Shown here in pieces: positions 44,496 to 52,577 of a stretch of DNA of 64,000 nt. Made by a program: the position numbers and the translations under genes. How positions within the stretch are numbered: the first letter of the stretch is position 1; each line of letters opens with the position of its first letter. Below the pieces are notes generated by a model. It had not been told where the DNA came from and ran no database searches. It saw only the letters and a list, made by a program, of their open reading frames with translations. The DNA comes from an uncultured virus (IMG/VR IMGVR_UViG_3300037504_000331) (Duplodnaviria > Heunggongvirae > Uroviricota > Caudoviricetes). The DNA lies in the IMG/VR virus record IMGVR_UViG_3300037504_000331. One strand, 5' to 3'.

Positions 44496-44917
44496 AGGCG
44501 GTGATGTTGGCGCTTGTGGCGTGGATGTCGGCCAACACACCGTTCGATCCGCCGGCAGACACGCCTCTGCCTTCTGTCGCCGTCGAGGAGCAGCGAGTGT
44601 TGGAGTACATGGCCGAGGTGCCCGGAATGGGGATCATGGCCCTGTACGAGCGCGAGGCGAACCGCATCTGGCTCAGCACCGAGGTTGATCTGACGACCGT
44701 CCGCGGCAAGTCCACCATGCTGCACGAGCTGATCCACTGGGCTCAGGAGTATGCGCCATCGGGCAAGGTCTACCAGTGTGAGGGCCTGAAGGAGTTCGAG
44801 GCCCATGCGATCCAGGAGGAGTACCAGGAGGCACATGGGATCGAGAGCACGATTCCCTGGATGAAGGTCTATGCCTTCTACCGCTGCCCGCCACCGTTCG
44901 CTCCTGGGGCAAAGTAG
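44492..44917 (+). CDS. secreted HEXXH protein
   Basis: Signal-like N-terminus; LHELIHWAQ...E.EA. Confidence 0.65.
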   Translation: MKAVMLALVAWMSANTPFDPPADTPLPSVAVEEQRVLEYMAEVPGMGIMALYEREANRIWLSTEVDLTTVRGKSTMLHELIHWAQEYAPSGKVYQCEGLKEFEAHAIQEEYQEAHGIESTIPWMKVYAFYRCPPPFAPGAK

Positions 44918-45005
44918 CTGGTCTTCTACCTAGTCCTGGCACTAGAATTTTCGACTCGATCTGATGTACGCTGCCCCGGGTTAACCAGTTTCCCGGGGCA
45001 GTGTC

Positions 45006-45615
45006 ATGGGCAAGAGCCTGCCAAACTCGATCCTCAACGTGCTTGCGCAGCACGTCCGCATTTTCGACGGCAACAACGACGGTCCCGTGAACGTAGCTCG
45101 GATCAACGGTTCGTTCGGGCTCAGCGTGATCGACATCGGCTTCAGCCAGCTTGAGGCCGGCGACCTGTTCCAGGTCTCCGAGAAGTTCCCAAATCTGTCG
45201 GAAGGAGGCAACGCGGACCTTCTAATCAAGGTCTCGTCGAACGTGAACGTCGTCTGCGCCTTCAAGGTGGTAGGGCAAGCTCGATCCGAGCTGTTCCTAT
45301 ACGAAGGAACCACGGTCTCAACCGACGGAACTGAGCTGACGCCTCGATCTCGCAACCGGCAAAAAGCTAGCGACGCTTCGGCCGCCGCGAGCTTTCACAG
45401 TGGTCCTACCGTTACGGATGTCGGCACAGAGCTGATGGCGAGCAGGGGCCCTGGTGGGGCTTTTGGTCTATTTGCCACAGGCGGTGAGTCCGCAGACATC
45501 GCTCAATGGGTGTTAAAAAAGGGACGAGAACTACCTGTTCCGCCTCACGAACGACTCCAACGGCGCCGCGGACTACAGCATCTCCATCGGCTTCTTCGAG
45601 ACGTTCGTCAAATAG
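45006..45615 (+). CDS. hypothetical virion-like protein, apparently frameshifted near 45521
   Basis: Good codon bias to ..QWVLKK, resuming in the +1 frame as DENYLFRLTN...FVK*. Confidence 0.55.
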
Positions 45616-45919
45616 GTCTAGGCCCCATCTTCTCGTTCTCGTTCACCACGGCCTCGGCTCGGGCGTAGATAGCACTGGCGTCGGATTGTGGGTGGAGAAG
45701 AGCAGCTTTCTGTACGGATCGCCGTGGCCTGGGTCCGCTCTTACCCCACATGAAGAAGACGCCGTTGTAGACCATGAACACCGTGGCCCTGGTCGCCTGC
45801 TCCTGCCAGCTCTCGGGCTTGACGTAGACGGGATAGGCACGGCTACCCTCGCCCTGGATGTTCTGCGGAATCCGCGGTTCCGGGATGATCGGCAAGTGGT
45901 ATCGCTTTTTCAGGCTCAT
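45608..45919 (-). CDS. hypothetical protein (103 aa)
   Basis: GAGG RBS; ATGA-coupled. Confidence 0.6.
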   Translation of the reverse strand: MSLKKRYHLPIIPEPRIPQNIQGEGSRAYPVYVKPESWQEQATRATVFMVYNGVFFMWGKSGPRPRRSVQKAALLHPQSDASAIYARAEAVVNENEKMGPRPI

Positions 45920-46278
45920 AGGTTCCTCGTTAGGACCATGCCCCGCCGGAAGCCGCCGCGCTCTTCGCGCTTCTCCAAGACGGCCTTCTCGATCTCAGCC
46001 CACGGGACTCCGTTGGTTTTCGCCAGTTCGAGCATGACTTCGAGCAGGTCTGCGTACTCAGCGGGGTCGCCTGGGTTGTCAGCGATCTCCGCGGACTCCT
46101 CGTGTAGCTTCTGCTGAAGGAGCATCCGCTTGCCGGCGAGTGTGTTGCAAGGCGCCAGGGTGTCACCTTCGTTGAGCTGGCGGGTGAAAGCGCGCTCGAT
46201 GTGATCTCGAACGAGCTTGACCTTGACGGGAGAGGGCTTGTCGCCCCCTCCCCAGGTCGGCTTGAAAGCCGTCATCAA
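45916..46278 (-). CDS. MazG/PRA-PH-like nucleotide pyrophosphohydrolase
   Basis: KLVRD.I...KL.EE..E...E.ADLLEV...KR.ERGGF. Confidence 0.75.
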   Translation of the reverse strand: MMTAFKPTWGGGDKPSPVKVKLVRDHIERAFTRQLNEGDTLAPCNTLAGKRMLLQQKLHEESAEIADNPGDPAEYADLLEVMLELAKTNGVPWAEIEKAVLEKREERGGFRRGMVLTRNL

Positions 46279-48272
46279 CGGACCTCACAGGTGCCAGAGG
46301 TACAGGCCAGCTCGCGAGAACCCGTTGTGTTGTCGGTATCCTCGTAGCTACCCAGCTCAGACCAGTCGACGTTCTGCGGCATGGCCGCTTCGAGCTTCTG
46401 AAGCTCTTCTTCACCGACGGCCTCGTACGGGGCCTGATGGTAGCTGCCGCCGTCGAAAGGTAGGAACGAGACACCGGAGAGCTGGTCGAAGTGGTTCCAG
46501 GCCCAGGCCCCGACCTCGGGCCATTCGTGCTCCCGGACGTAGACCGTGATCGACGGCTTGTGCTCGCAGTAGTGGTCCTGCACGAGCTTCCAGTGCTCAA
46601 GCTGGTCGATGGCGGTCATGTCGTCCCGGGTCATGGCCTCGTCCGCGATCCGACGCGGGAACGAGAACACCATGGTCCGATCCTCCTTACCGCGCTCGGG
46701 CTCGCCGACAAACCCGTTGTCGATCATGAACTGGGTGAGCGGGTCCTGGGTGCTCTGCCGGACGCGCCGGATGTACTTGTGAGCGTACTCCGGATGGATG
46801 CCGCTCGCGGACGCCACGAGCTGTGAGGAGTTACCCTCGGGCTTCACGCAGGTCACGGCCGCTGCCGGGTTGATGCCCAGCTCCTTGGCCCACTTGATGT
46901 TCTCGTCGACCGCCGCCAGCTTGAGGTGTTCCAGGCGTTCCGGCAGGTCCGGATCGTGACGGTCGTTGAGCAGCGGGCAGTCCATCATGCCGCTGAGAGA
47001 CACGCCCAGGAGTCGCTCCTCTTCGCAGTTCCGGCGCCACTTCTCGCCGACGAAGCGGAAGTCGGTGAGGCACGCCTGCCACGTCCCCATGATGGCCGCG
47101 TTGCGGACCTTTCGTTCCAGGTCCTCATCCGTGTCGTCCGGCCGCGCAATCGGGCTGGACAGGTTGCACAGCTCTTCGCTGCGCAGGATGATCTCGGCGC
47201 ACGGGTTCGTACCGAAGGCGATGGGTGCCTGCCAGTATTCCTCTTCGTCGGCGAGCGCCGGCACCACAAAGCGACCCTTCTCATCCCACTGGCCGAGGGG
47301 CTGATCCCAGAAGCCGCGGCGCCGGCCCGAGGCCATGGCTTGGTTGCGGGCTGCTTCGCGGTTGAAGATGCCGCGCTCGCCGCTTTTGCTCTCGTAGAGC
47401 GACATCCACTCCTGCATGAACTGGCCGACCTCGGGCCGCTCGGTGTAGGCCACGGAGTTGTTGGCGAGACGGCGGAACAGGGTCGTCTCCCACCACGCGC
47501 CGGTCTTGGCATCGCGCATGCGCTGGTCGGACAGGTTGCTCAGCGAGAGCGCTGCCGCCCGGCGGACGCCGCCGACAACGACCGCGTCTGAGATCACGCA
47601 GGCGATGTCGTGGCACTCGGTCGAGTTGAGCTGCCGGCCCCTGGCGTTCTCGAAGGTGTGGACGATGAACTTGAAGGCGTCGATCAGGGGCTCGGGACCG
47701 CTCGCACGGCCGCCCATCTTCTTCAGGCGGGCGCCATAGGGGCGGACCTTCGAGGTGTCCCAGCCCGGAACCTTGCCGTTGTAGAGGGCCTGTAGCAGCT
47801 CCCGGATGGCGGATGCCCAGCCGCGCTTCGAGTCGCGGACATGGATGCAGTGGCCGTTGTCGCGGACGAGGGTCTCGGGGACCTTCGGGAGCTTCTTGAT
47901 GACCTGACGCTCGACGGACCAGGAGATGCCGGTGCCACACATCAGGATGAACATGATCTCCGCAAACGCCTTGGTGGAGTCGATCTCCCGGTAGGCGCAG
48001 TTGTAGCCGGCGATGTGATCCCGGGCCAAGGCCGGGCCGGCGGTCATGAGTGCCCGCATTGAGGGCATGGATTCGAGGTCGTGTACGGCGTCGTACAGAT
48101 CAGGTACGTGAGAGCTGACATCGAGGCCATGCTTCTGCTGAAGGAAATCGGTGAAGAAGTTGAAGTAGCGCTGCACGGTCTCCGGCCACAGCTCTCGGCG
48201 AGATGCTTGGTCCATGAAGCGGCTGTACTTGCTCATGTGGATGTACGATTGGTAGAGCGTAGGCAAACTCAT
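46275..48272 (-). CDS. nrdJ: class II (B12-dependent) ribonucleotide reductase
   Basis: PSMRALMTAG, YNCAY, GTNPCAEI, CNLS, TCVKP, C-terminal CTSGTC; no beta subunit nearby. Confidence 0.85.
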   Translation of the reverse strand: MSLPTLYQSYIHMSKYSRFMDQASRRELWPETVQRYFNFFTDFLQQKHGLDVSSHVPDLYDAVHDLESMPSMRALMTAGPALARDHIAGYNCAYREIDSTKAFAEIMFILMCGTGISWSVERQVIKKLPKVPETLVRDNGHCIHVRDSKRGWASAIRELLQALYNGKVPGWDTSKVRPYGARLKKMGGRASGPEPLIDAFKFIVHTFENARGRQLNSTECHDIACVISDAVVVGGVRRAAALSLSNLSDQRMRDAKTGAWWETTLFRRLANNSVAYTERPEVGQFMQEWMSLYESKSGERGIFNREAARNQAMASGRRRGFWDQPLGQWDEKGRFVVPALADEEEYWQAPIAFGTNPCAEIILRSEELCNLSSPIARPDDTDEDLERKVRNAAIMGTWQACLTDFRFVGEKWRRNCEEERLLGVSLSGMMDCPLLNDRHDPDLPERLEHLKLAAVDENIKWAKELGINPAAAVTCVKPEGNSSQLVASASGIHPEYAHKYIRRVRQSTQDPLTQFMIDNGFVGEPERGKEDRTMVFSFPRRIADEAMTRDDMTAIDQLEHWKLVQDHYCEHKPSITVYVREHEWPEVGAWAWNHFDQLSGVSFLPFDGGSYHQAPYEAVGEEELQKLEAAMPQNVDWSELGSYEDTDNTTGSRELACTSGTCEVR

Positions 48273-48359
48273 CAGGGTCGCCCTCCTGGGACGGCACAAG
48301 GGGTTCTACTGGAAAGGCAGGGCGGCTACTGTATCTGGTAGGTAGCCGCCCCGCAAGGG

Positions 48360-48824
48360 TTATTCGAGGCGACGGCCAGCGAGTGCTTTCACGACTCCGT
48401 CGGCCCAGTTCCGGACCCGTCGGATCACGTCGGCCGAAGATGGAGGCCGGTCGTCGACGAGCTGCCCGTGCTCGATAGCGTCGAGCAGGATGTTGCAGCC
48501 GGCGATAGCGTGGCCCAGGTGGTGGGCGCCGCTGTCACCCGCGAAGTCTTCGCCGTCTTCGTAAGCGTCGATGTGGCGCTTGATGGCGGCGATGTAGATG
48601 GACGCCTTGACCGGATAGTTCCGCCAGTTGTAGGGGCCGTACTTGGAGGCGCCATCGAAGTGGGCCACGGCCGCGTGCAGCGTCGCTACGGGCGGGACGA
48701 GGTCAAGCGGGGCCTTGTTCATGCCGAGAAGGTCCTTGGGATTCACGCCTTCGGCCTTCTGTTCCTCGGTCGGCTGCGGGGGCTTGTCGGGTTGACTCCG
48801 GCGGTCGGTGAGTCCGTCGCTCAT
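48360..48824 (-). CDS. dATP/dGTP diphosphohydrolase-domain protein (DUF5664-like)
   Basis: NPKD..G..K.PL.L.P...GA.KYG..NWR...RH...GED...SG..HL.HA. Confidence 0.8.
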   Translation of the reverse strand: MSDGLTDRRSQPDKPPQPTEEQKAEGVNPKDLLGMNKAPLDLVPPVATLHAAVAHFDGASKYGPYNWRNYPVKASIYIAAIKRHIDAYEDGEDFAGDSGAHHLGHAIAGCNILLDAIEHGQLVDDRPPSSADVIRRVRNWADGVVKALAGRRLE

Positions 48825-49594
48825 CGGCCTGTCTCCTTCGCGTCGCGGTTAAGCTGCCAGAACATATCCAAGAAGCAATCTCGGGCTCGGTTCGGGCTGA
48901 AGAACCGGAACGAGATCGGCAGCGGGGTGATGTCTTCGCCGGCCCAGTGCAGGGTGCTCTTACCCTTCACCTTCAGACGTTCGGCCGCGAGCATACGGTG
49001 ATCCAACTCGCGCATCCAGTCGGGCTTCTGGGCCGGCAGCCCGAAGGATTCTCGCACGGCCGCCTCGACGACCTTCTCGGCCTCCTTGAGCAACGGGTAG
49101 CTGTTCTTGAGCGGCCGGATCATGTCGCCGACATACGCCTCGGCAGCATCGTGCATCAGCGCCTCGAAGCCGGCCACAGGGCCCCACTTCAGGTTCGCGT
49201 ACTCGGCCAGAAGGTACGAGTGTTCGGCGACGCTGTAGAAAGCGATCTCAGCGCGATAGTGACCGCCGAAGCGCGCGGTATGTCCAAGGGACTGGCCGAT
49301 GTCGTAGATGTCGATAACGTCGTCCGTCGGCTTGAAGAAGTAGAACTTGTTGAAGAGCGCGGTTTCCATCCAGTCGCCCTCATCCGGCGTCCAGTTGGCA
49401 TCGCGCGGGTCCTCTTCGGCGGCCCACGGCGGCGCTCCGAGCAAGGTTCCGTCACGTGCGTCCTCGAAGGCGGCTAGCTCCCGCGCACGCCGCTTGTCGT
49501 CCTCTGTGGGCCCGAAGACAGCGTCCGCCGGCATCCGATAGGACGGCGTGATAGCGTCGCTCAGCATGGCGCCGAGCTTCTTGAGTCCAAGCAT
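48821..49594 (-). CDS. HD-domain 5'-deoxynucleotidase-like protein
   Basis: RFGGH...YSVAEHS...ALMHDAAEAYVGD..RPLK. Confidence 0.8.
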   Translation of the reverse strand: MLGLKKLGAMLSDAITPSYRMPADAVFGPTEDDKRRARELAAFEDARDGTLLGAPPWAAEEDPRDANWTPDEGDWMETALFNKFYFFKPTDDVIDIYDIGQSLGHTARFGGHYRAEIAFYSVAEHSYLLAEYANLKWGPVAGFEALMHDAAEAYVGDMIRPLKNSYPLLKEAEKVVEAAVRESFGLPAQKPDWMRELDHRMLAAERLKVKGKSTLHWAGEDITPLPISFRFFSPNRARDCFLDMFWQLNRDAKETGR

Positions 49595-49604
49595 GTTCGT
49601 CTCC

Positions 49605-51278
49605 CTACTCTCCCATGGCACGGTACTTCCCGCGCCACATCGTTACGATGGTCCGTTTTCCGTTCACGTAGGTCAAGGTGTGCGACATGGACCCGCTGCT
49701 CGGGCCCCGCTCATACTCGTAGTTGCCGCTCTTGCCGGACACGTACACATCATCCTGGATTCCGGCGGAGTGCATGTGACCGATGTTCTTCTTGCGACCC
49801 ATCTTGGCGAAAACCGTCAGCGAGCCTTTGGCGCCATTCGGGCCGAGGTGCCCGTGCATACCGCACTCGACGCCGCCTCCGCGGTCTGGGCAGACCACGA
49901 AGCTCTCGTCTTCCCGCAGAAATCGCTCGGCGCCGCAGCCGTGCCGCCGGAGAGCCCATTCGAGCATGTGGAAGCCGTAGTCGCGGCGTTCGAGTGCCCG
50001 GTACTTCGCTAGGCTGGCCTCGTGCCAGAAGATCGCGTTCACGGGGTCCTGGTGAGGTGTCGTGTCCTTCACCCAGCGTTCGAGCGCGTTGTCGTGGTTC
50101 GAGTCGACAATCACGCTCTGGCAGTAATCCCGCCGTGCGAACCGGCAGAACTCCGCGGTGTTCTCAAGCTCGTCCTCGATGCGCTCGGTGCCCTCAACAT
50201 GCCGCTTGAACATCTTGTGCGGGTTGCCGCGCTCGTGGTGATTCCGGGCGTAGTGGTCGAAGAGATCGTGGAAGAACTGGTAGCGAGGCCGCAGCTCGTC
50301 GATCATCCCGCCGGGCGACCAGCACGCCTCCATCATGACCGGGTCCATCTGATGGCAGTGGATGTCCGCCCAGGTGATCGCCTCGATTGGATGCCCCTGT
50401 GTCACGAATCCATTGGACACCTTCACATCCCAGTCATAGATCATACCCTCGTTATCCATGTGAAGCTGCCGGACGAACCAGTCGCCGCACGGCTCGACCT
50501 CGACCATGAGCGCCGAGTAGCTGTGGTGGAAGTCGGCGATCTGCCCGGCCTTCTTGGCGATGTAGTTCCGCAGCGTGCAAGCGCCGGTCGTGTAGTTGAA
50601 CTTCGTGGGCTCGTATTTCCCGCTCGGGATCGACTCCATGGCGATCTTGGCGTGCGGGAAGATGCCCGATTTCCGACCGGTGTAGGTCTCGAAGCCGCTC
50701 AGAGGCCGCTTGCCCGTCGGCAGCACGTTGATCTCGCCGCAGAAAATGAGCCCAGGGGCGATCTCCACGCGCTCGTCCGTGATGAATGGTATGATCTCAG
50801 GGTCATACCAGAGTTCGTCCTGAGACTTCACCTTGCCGGGCTTCACGCTTCCGGAACCGTAAGCAGATAGGTTGTACGTGAAGCGAGAGACCATCAGCTC
50901 AGCGTCGTAGTATTGACGCAGGGCCAGGAGGTTACGCCATCCGGGCTCGAAGACCTTGGTGTTGTTCTGGGCGCTGGTGATGATGTAGCGCCGGACGCCT
51001 TGCCGCGGCATCGCCCGCACCTTGGTGTGCAAGGGCTCAATGCGGCCGTCCAAGTTGTATGCGGGATCAGGTTCTTCGGCTTTGTTCGGGCGCTGGCCCG
51101 GTTTCTGGTTGTCGGCGTGCGTGCGCTGCTGCGCGAGGCCCTGGTTGACGGCTCTTTGGTAAGCCCGGCGGACCATGTCGAAGGACCGGTTGAGGTGCTT
51201 GGCGGCTTGGCGGATGCTACCGTGCTCGCTGACGAGATCGGCTGCCTCCTGGGGCGTCAATTCGGGCTTACGGCTCAT
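49605..51278 (-). CDS. calcineurin-like metallophosphoesterase with N-terminal HTH
   Basis: DIH, HDLFD, SNHD, HGH, GHMHS motifs; GSIRQAAKHL HTH. Confidence 0.7.
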   Translation of the reverse strand: MSRKPELTPQEAADLVSEHGSIRQAAKHLNRSFDMVRRAYQRAVNQGLAQQRTHADNQKPGQRPNKAEEPDPAYNLDGRIEPLHTKVRAMPRQGVRRYIITSAQNNTKVFEPGWRNLLALRQYYDAELMVSRFTYNLSAYGSGSVKPGKVKSQDELWYDPEIIPFITDERVEIAPGLIFCGEINVLPTGKRPLSGFETYTGRKSGIFPHAKIAMESIPSGKYEPTKFNYTTGACTLRNYIAKKAGQIADFHHSYSALMVEVEPCGDWFVRQLHMDNEGMIYDWDVKVSNGFVTQGHPIEAITWADIHCHQMDPVMMEACWSPGGMIDELRPRYQFFHDLFDHYARNHHERGNPHKMFKRHVEGTERIEDELENTAEFCRFARRDYCQSVIVDSNHDNALERWVKDTTPHQDPVNAIFWHEASLAKYRALERRDYGFHMLEWALRRHGCGAERFLREDESFVVCPDRGGGVECGMHGHLGPNGAKGSLTVFAKMGRKKNIGHMHSAGIQDDVYVSGKSGNYEYERGPSSGSMSHTLTYVNGKRTIVTMWRGKYRAMGE

Positions 51279-51754
51279 CGCACTTTCTCTCCTAGGAGCT
51301 TCTGTCGACCGTAGTAGGCGAGCAGCGCAGCCTCGGCAACACCGTCGTCATTCTTCTGGTCGAACAGGTGGGAGTAGCTAGGGAAGAGCTGCCGGGCTAG
51401 GGCGAACGACTTCTTCTTGTCGCTACTCAAGCCCATCGTCATCTTCCAGGTCGTTGGCGCAACGTCCGTGATTGGGATTCGGTTTACGACCACGAGCATC
51501 CGTTGAGCACCGTATGTGGAACCGAACTTGAAGGCTGAGGAACCGCCGTCTTGCGGCCGGGCTCCTACCTTTTCGATGAAGGCGTGATCGCAGCCGCCGA
51601 ACATCAGCTCGAAGGCTTCGGCGAGCATCAACCAATCAACCTCTTTGCCACGGCCGCTGCTCTTGTAGGACGGCACCTTGTAGGTCGTCAGATCGTGACC
51701 ATCCCAGGAGGCATAAGCGCCGCTCTGGCCGGGGTCTAGTCCTAGAACTCTCAC
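51275..51754 (-). CDS. RuvC-like Holliday junction resolvase
   Basis: LGLDPG.SGA, IEKV, P..WK, DG.AEAALLA. Confidence 0.85.
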   Translation of the reverse strand: MRVLGLDPGQSGAYASWDGHDLTTYKVPSYKSSGRGKEVDWLMLAEAFELMFGGCDHAFIEKVGARPQDGGSSAFKFGSTYGAQRMLVVVNRIPITDVAPTTWKMTMGLSSDKKKSFALARQLFPSYSHLFDQKNDDGVAEAALLAYYGRQKLLGEKVR

Positions 51755-51816
51755 AAGTGCCTCCTGCGTACCAACTTCAAGCTACCACACTCCGGGAATC
51801 GTGCAAGCTCGGGGCC

Positions 51817-52002
51817 TTATTCGTGGCCTCTGTCGCGATCCGAGGTGTGGATCGGGCAGTCGGTATAGATGATATAGCGACCGCCCTCATCCCATCGGAG
51901 ACCGTTGCCGCCGCGGTATCCGTCACCGTACTGGTTATCTGTTACAGGACAGGTGCAGCCGAGGCCAACGGCCTGTCCGGTTCCGGGATCGGGTGCTCTC
52001 AT
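51817..52002 (-). CDS. small Cys-containing protein
   Basis: GCTCPV.DN..G...CPIH. Confidence 0.55.
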   Translation of the reverse strand: MRAPDPGTGQAVGLGCTCPVTDNQYGDGYRGGNGLRWDEGGRYIIYTDCPIHTSDRDRGHE

Positions 52003-52003
52003 G

Positions 52004-52093
52004 TCAGGTCCCCATGCGAAGGATCAGTACCCAGAGTGCCGGAGCGCCCAGGTAGACCAGAATGAAGAAGTAGGTGAACAGGACGAGCTTCAT
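52004..52093 (-). CDS. 29-aa membrane peptide (MKLVLFTYFF...)
   Basis: ATGA-coupled to the upstream gene; hydrophobic. Confidence 0.4.
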   Translation of the reverse strand: MKLVLFTYFFILVYLGAPALWVLILRMGT

Positions 52094-52380
52094 GCGTCTG
52101 TCCCCGGTACGATGAGTGGTCCGCCGCCGCGTCTCCGGCGAGCGATTCGCATCCGCGCGAGCTGCCGCATCGTGACTTCGACGGCGCCGAGCTTGACGGC
52201 TTTCGCGCGCATCTCCTTGGACACGTCGTAGTGATCGCCCTGGAACCACTTGCGCTTGACCCCTATGGCGTCCGCCATGGCGTGCAGCTCCGCATCGGTA
52301 TCGGCCATCATGTGCGACATCTTCATGTAGCCGTAGCTGCCCATCGGGCTTTTGTGCATGTCGTCCACGTAGACGGTCAC
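52090..52380 (-). CDS. DUF4031 family protein
   Basis: VYVDD...SHM.AD...ELHA.A..IG..R.WFQGDHYD. Confidence 0.85.
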   Translation of the reverse strand: MTVYVDDMHKSPMGSYGYMKMSHMMADTDAELHAMADAIGVKRKWFQGDHYDVSKEMRAKAVKLGAVEVTMRQLARMRIARRRRGGGPLIVPGTDA

Positions 52381-52577
52381 GATGGATTCTCCACGGTTGC
52401 CTTGAACTGCTCGTTGCAGCTCGCGCAGCGGTATCGCTTCCAGGTGTTACCCTGGTGATCCTTCGATCCGACCTTGCGGGTGAACAGGTCGCCGCACCCG
52501 CAGCTCGGGCAGATGGGATGCAACGTCCCGCGCAGGAACGCTGCCCGAGCTTCCAGCTTCTCGCGTTGGGTGCTCAT
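52377..52577 (-). CDS. zinc-ribbon protein
   Basis: CPSCG...YRCASC. Confidence 0.6.
   Translation of the reverse strand: MSTQREKLEARAAFLRGTLHPICPSCGCGDLFTRKVGSKDHQGNTWKRYRCASCNEQFKATVENPS

Noticed and set aside
45515..45521. Programmed -1 frameshift at A_AAA_AAG
   Set aside because: The -1 frame gives low-complexity sequence antisense to real genes; the plausible continuation is in +1.
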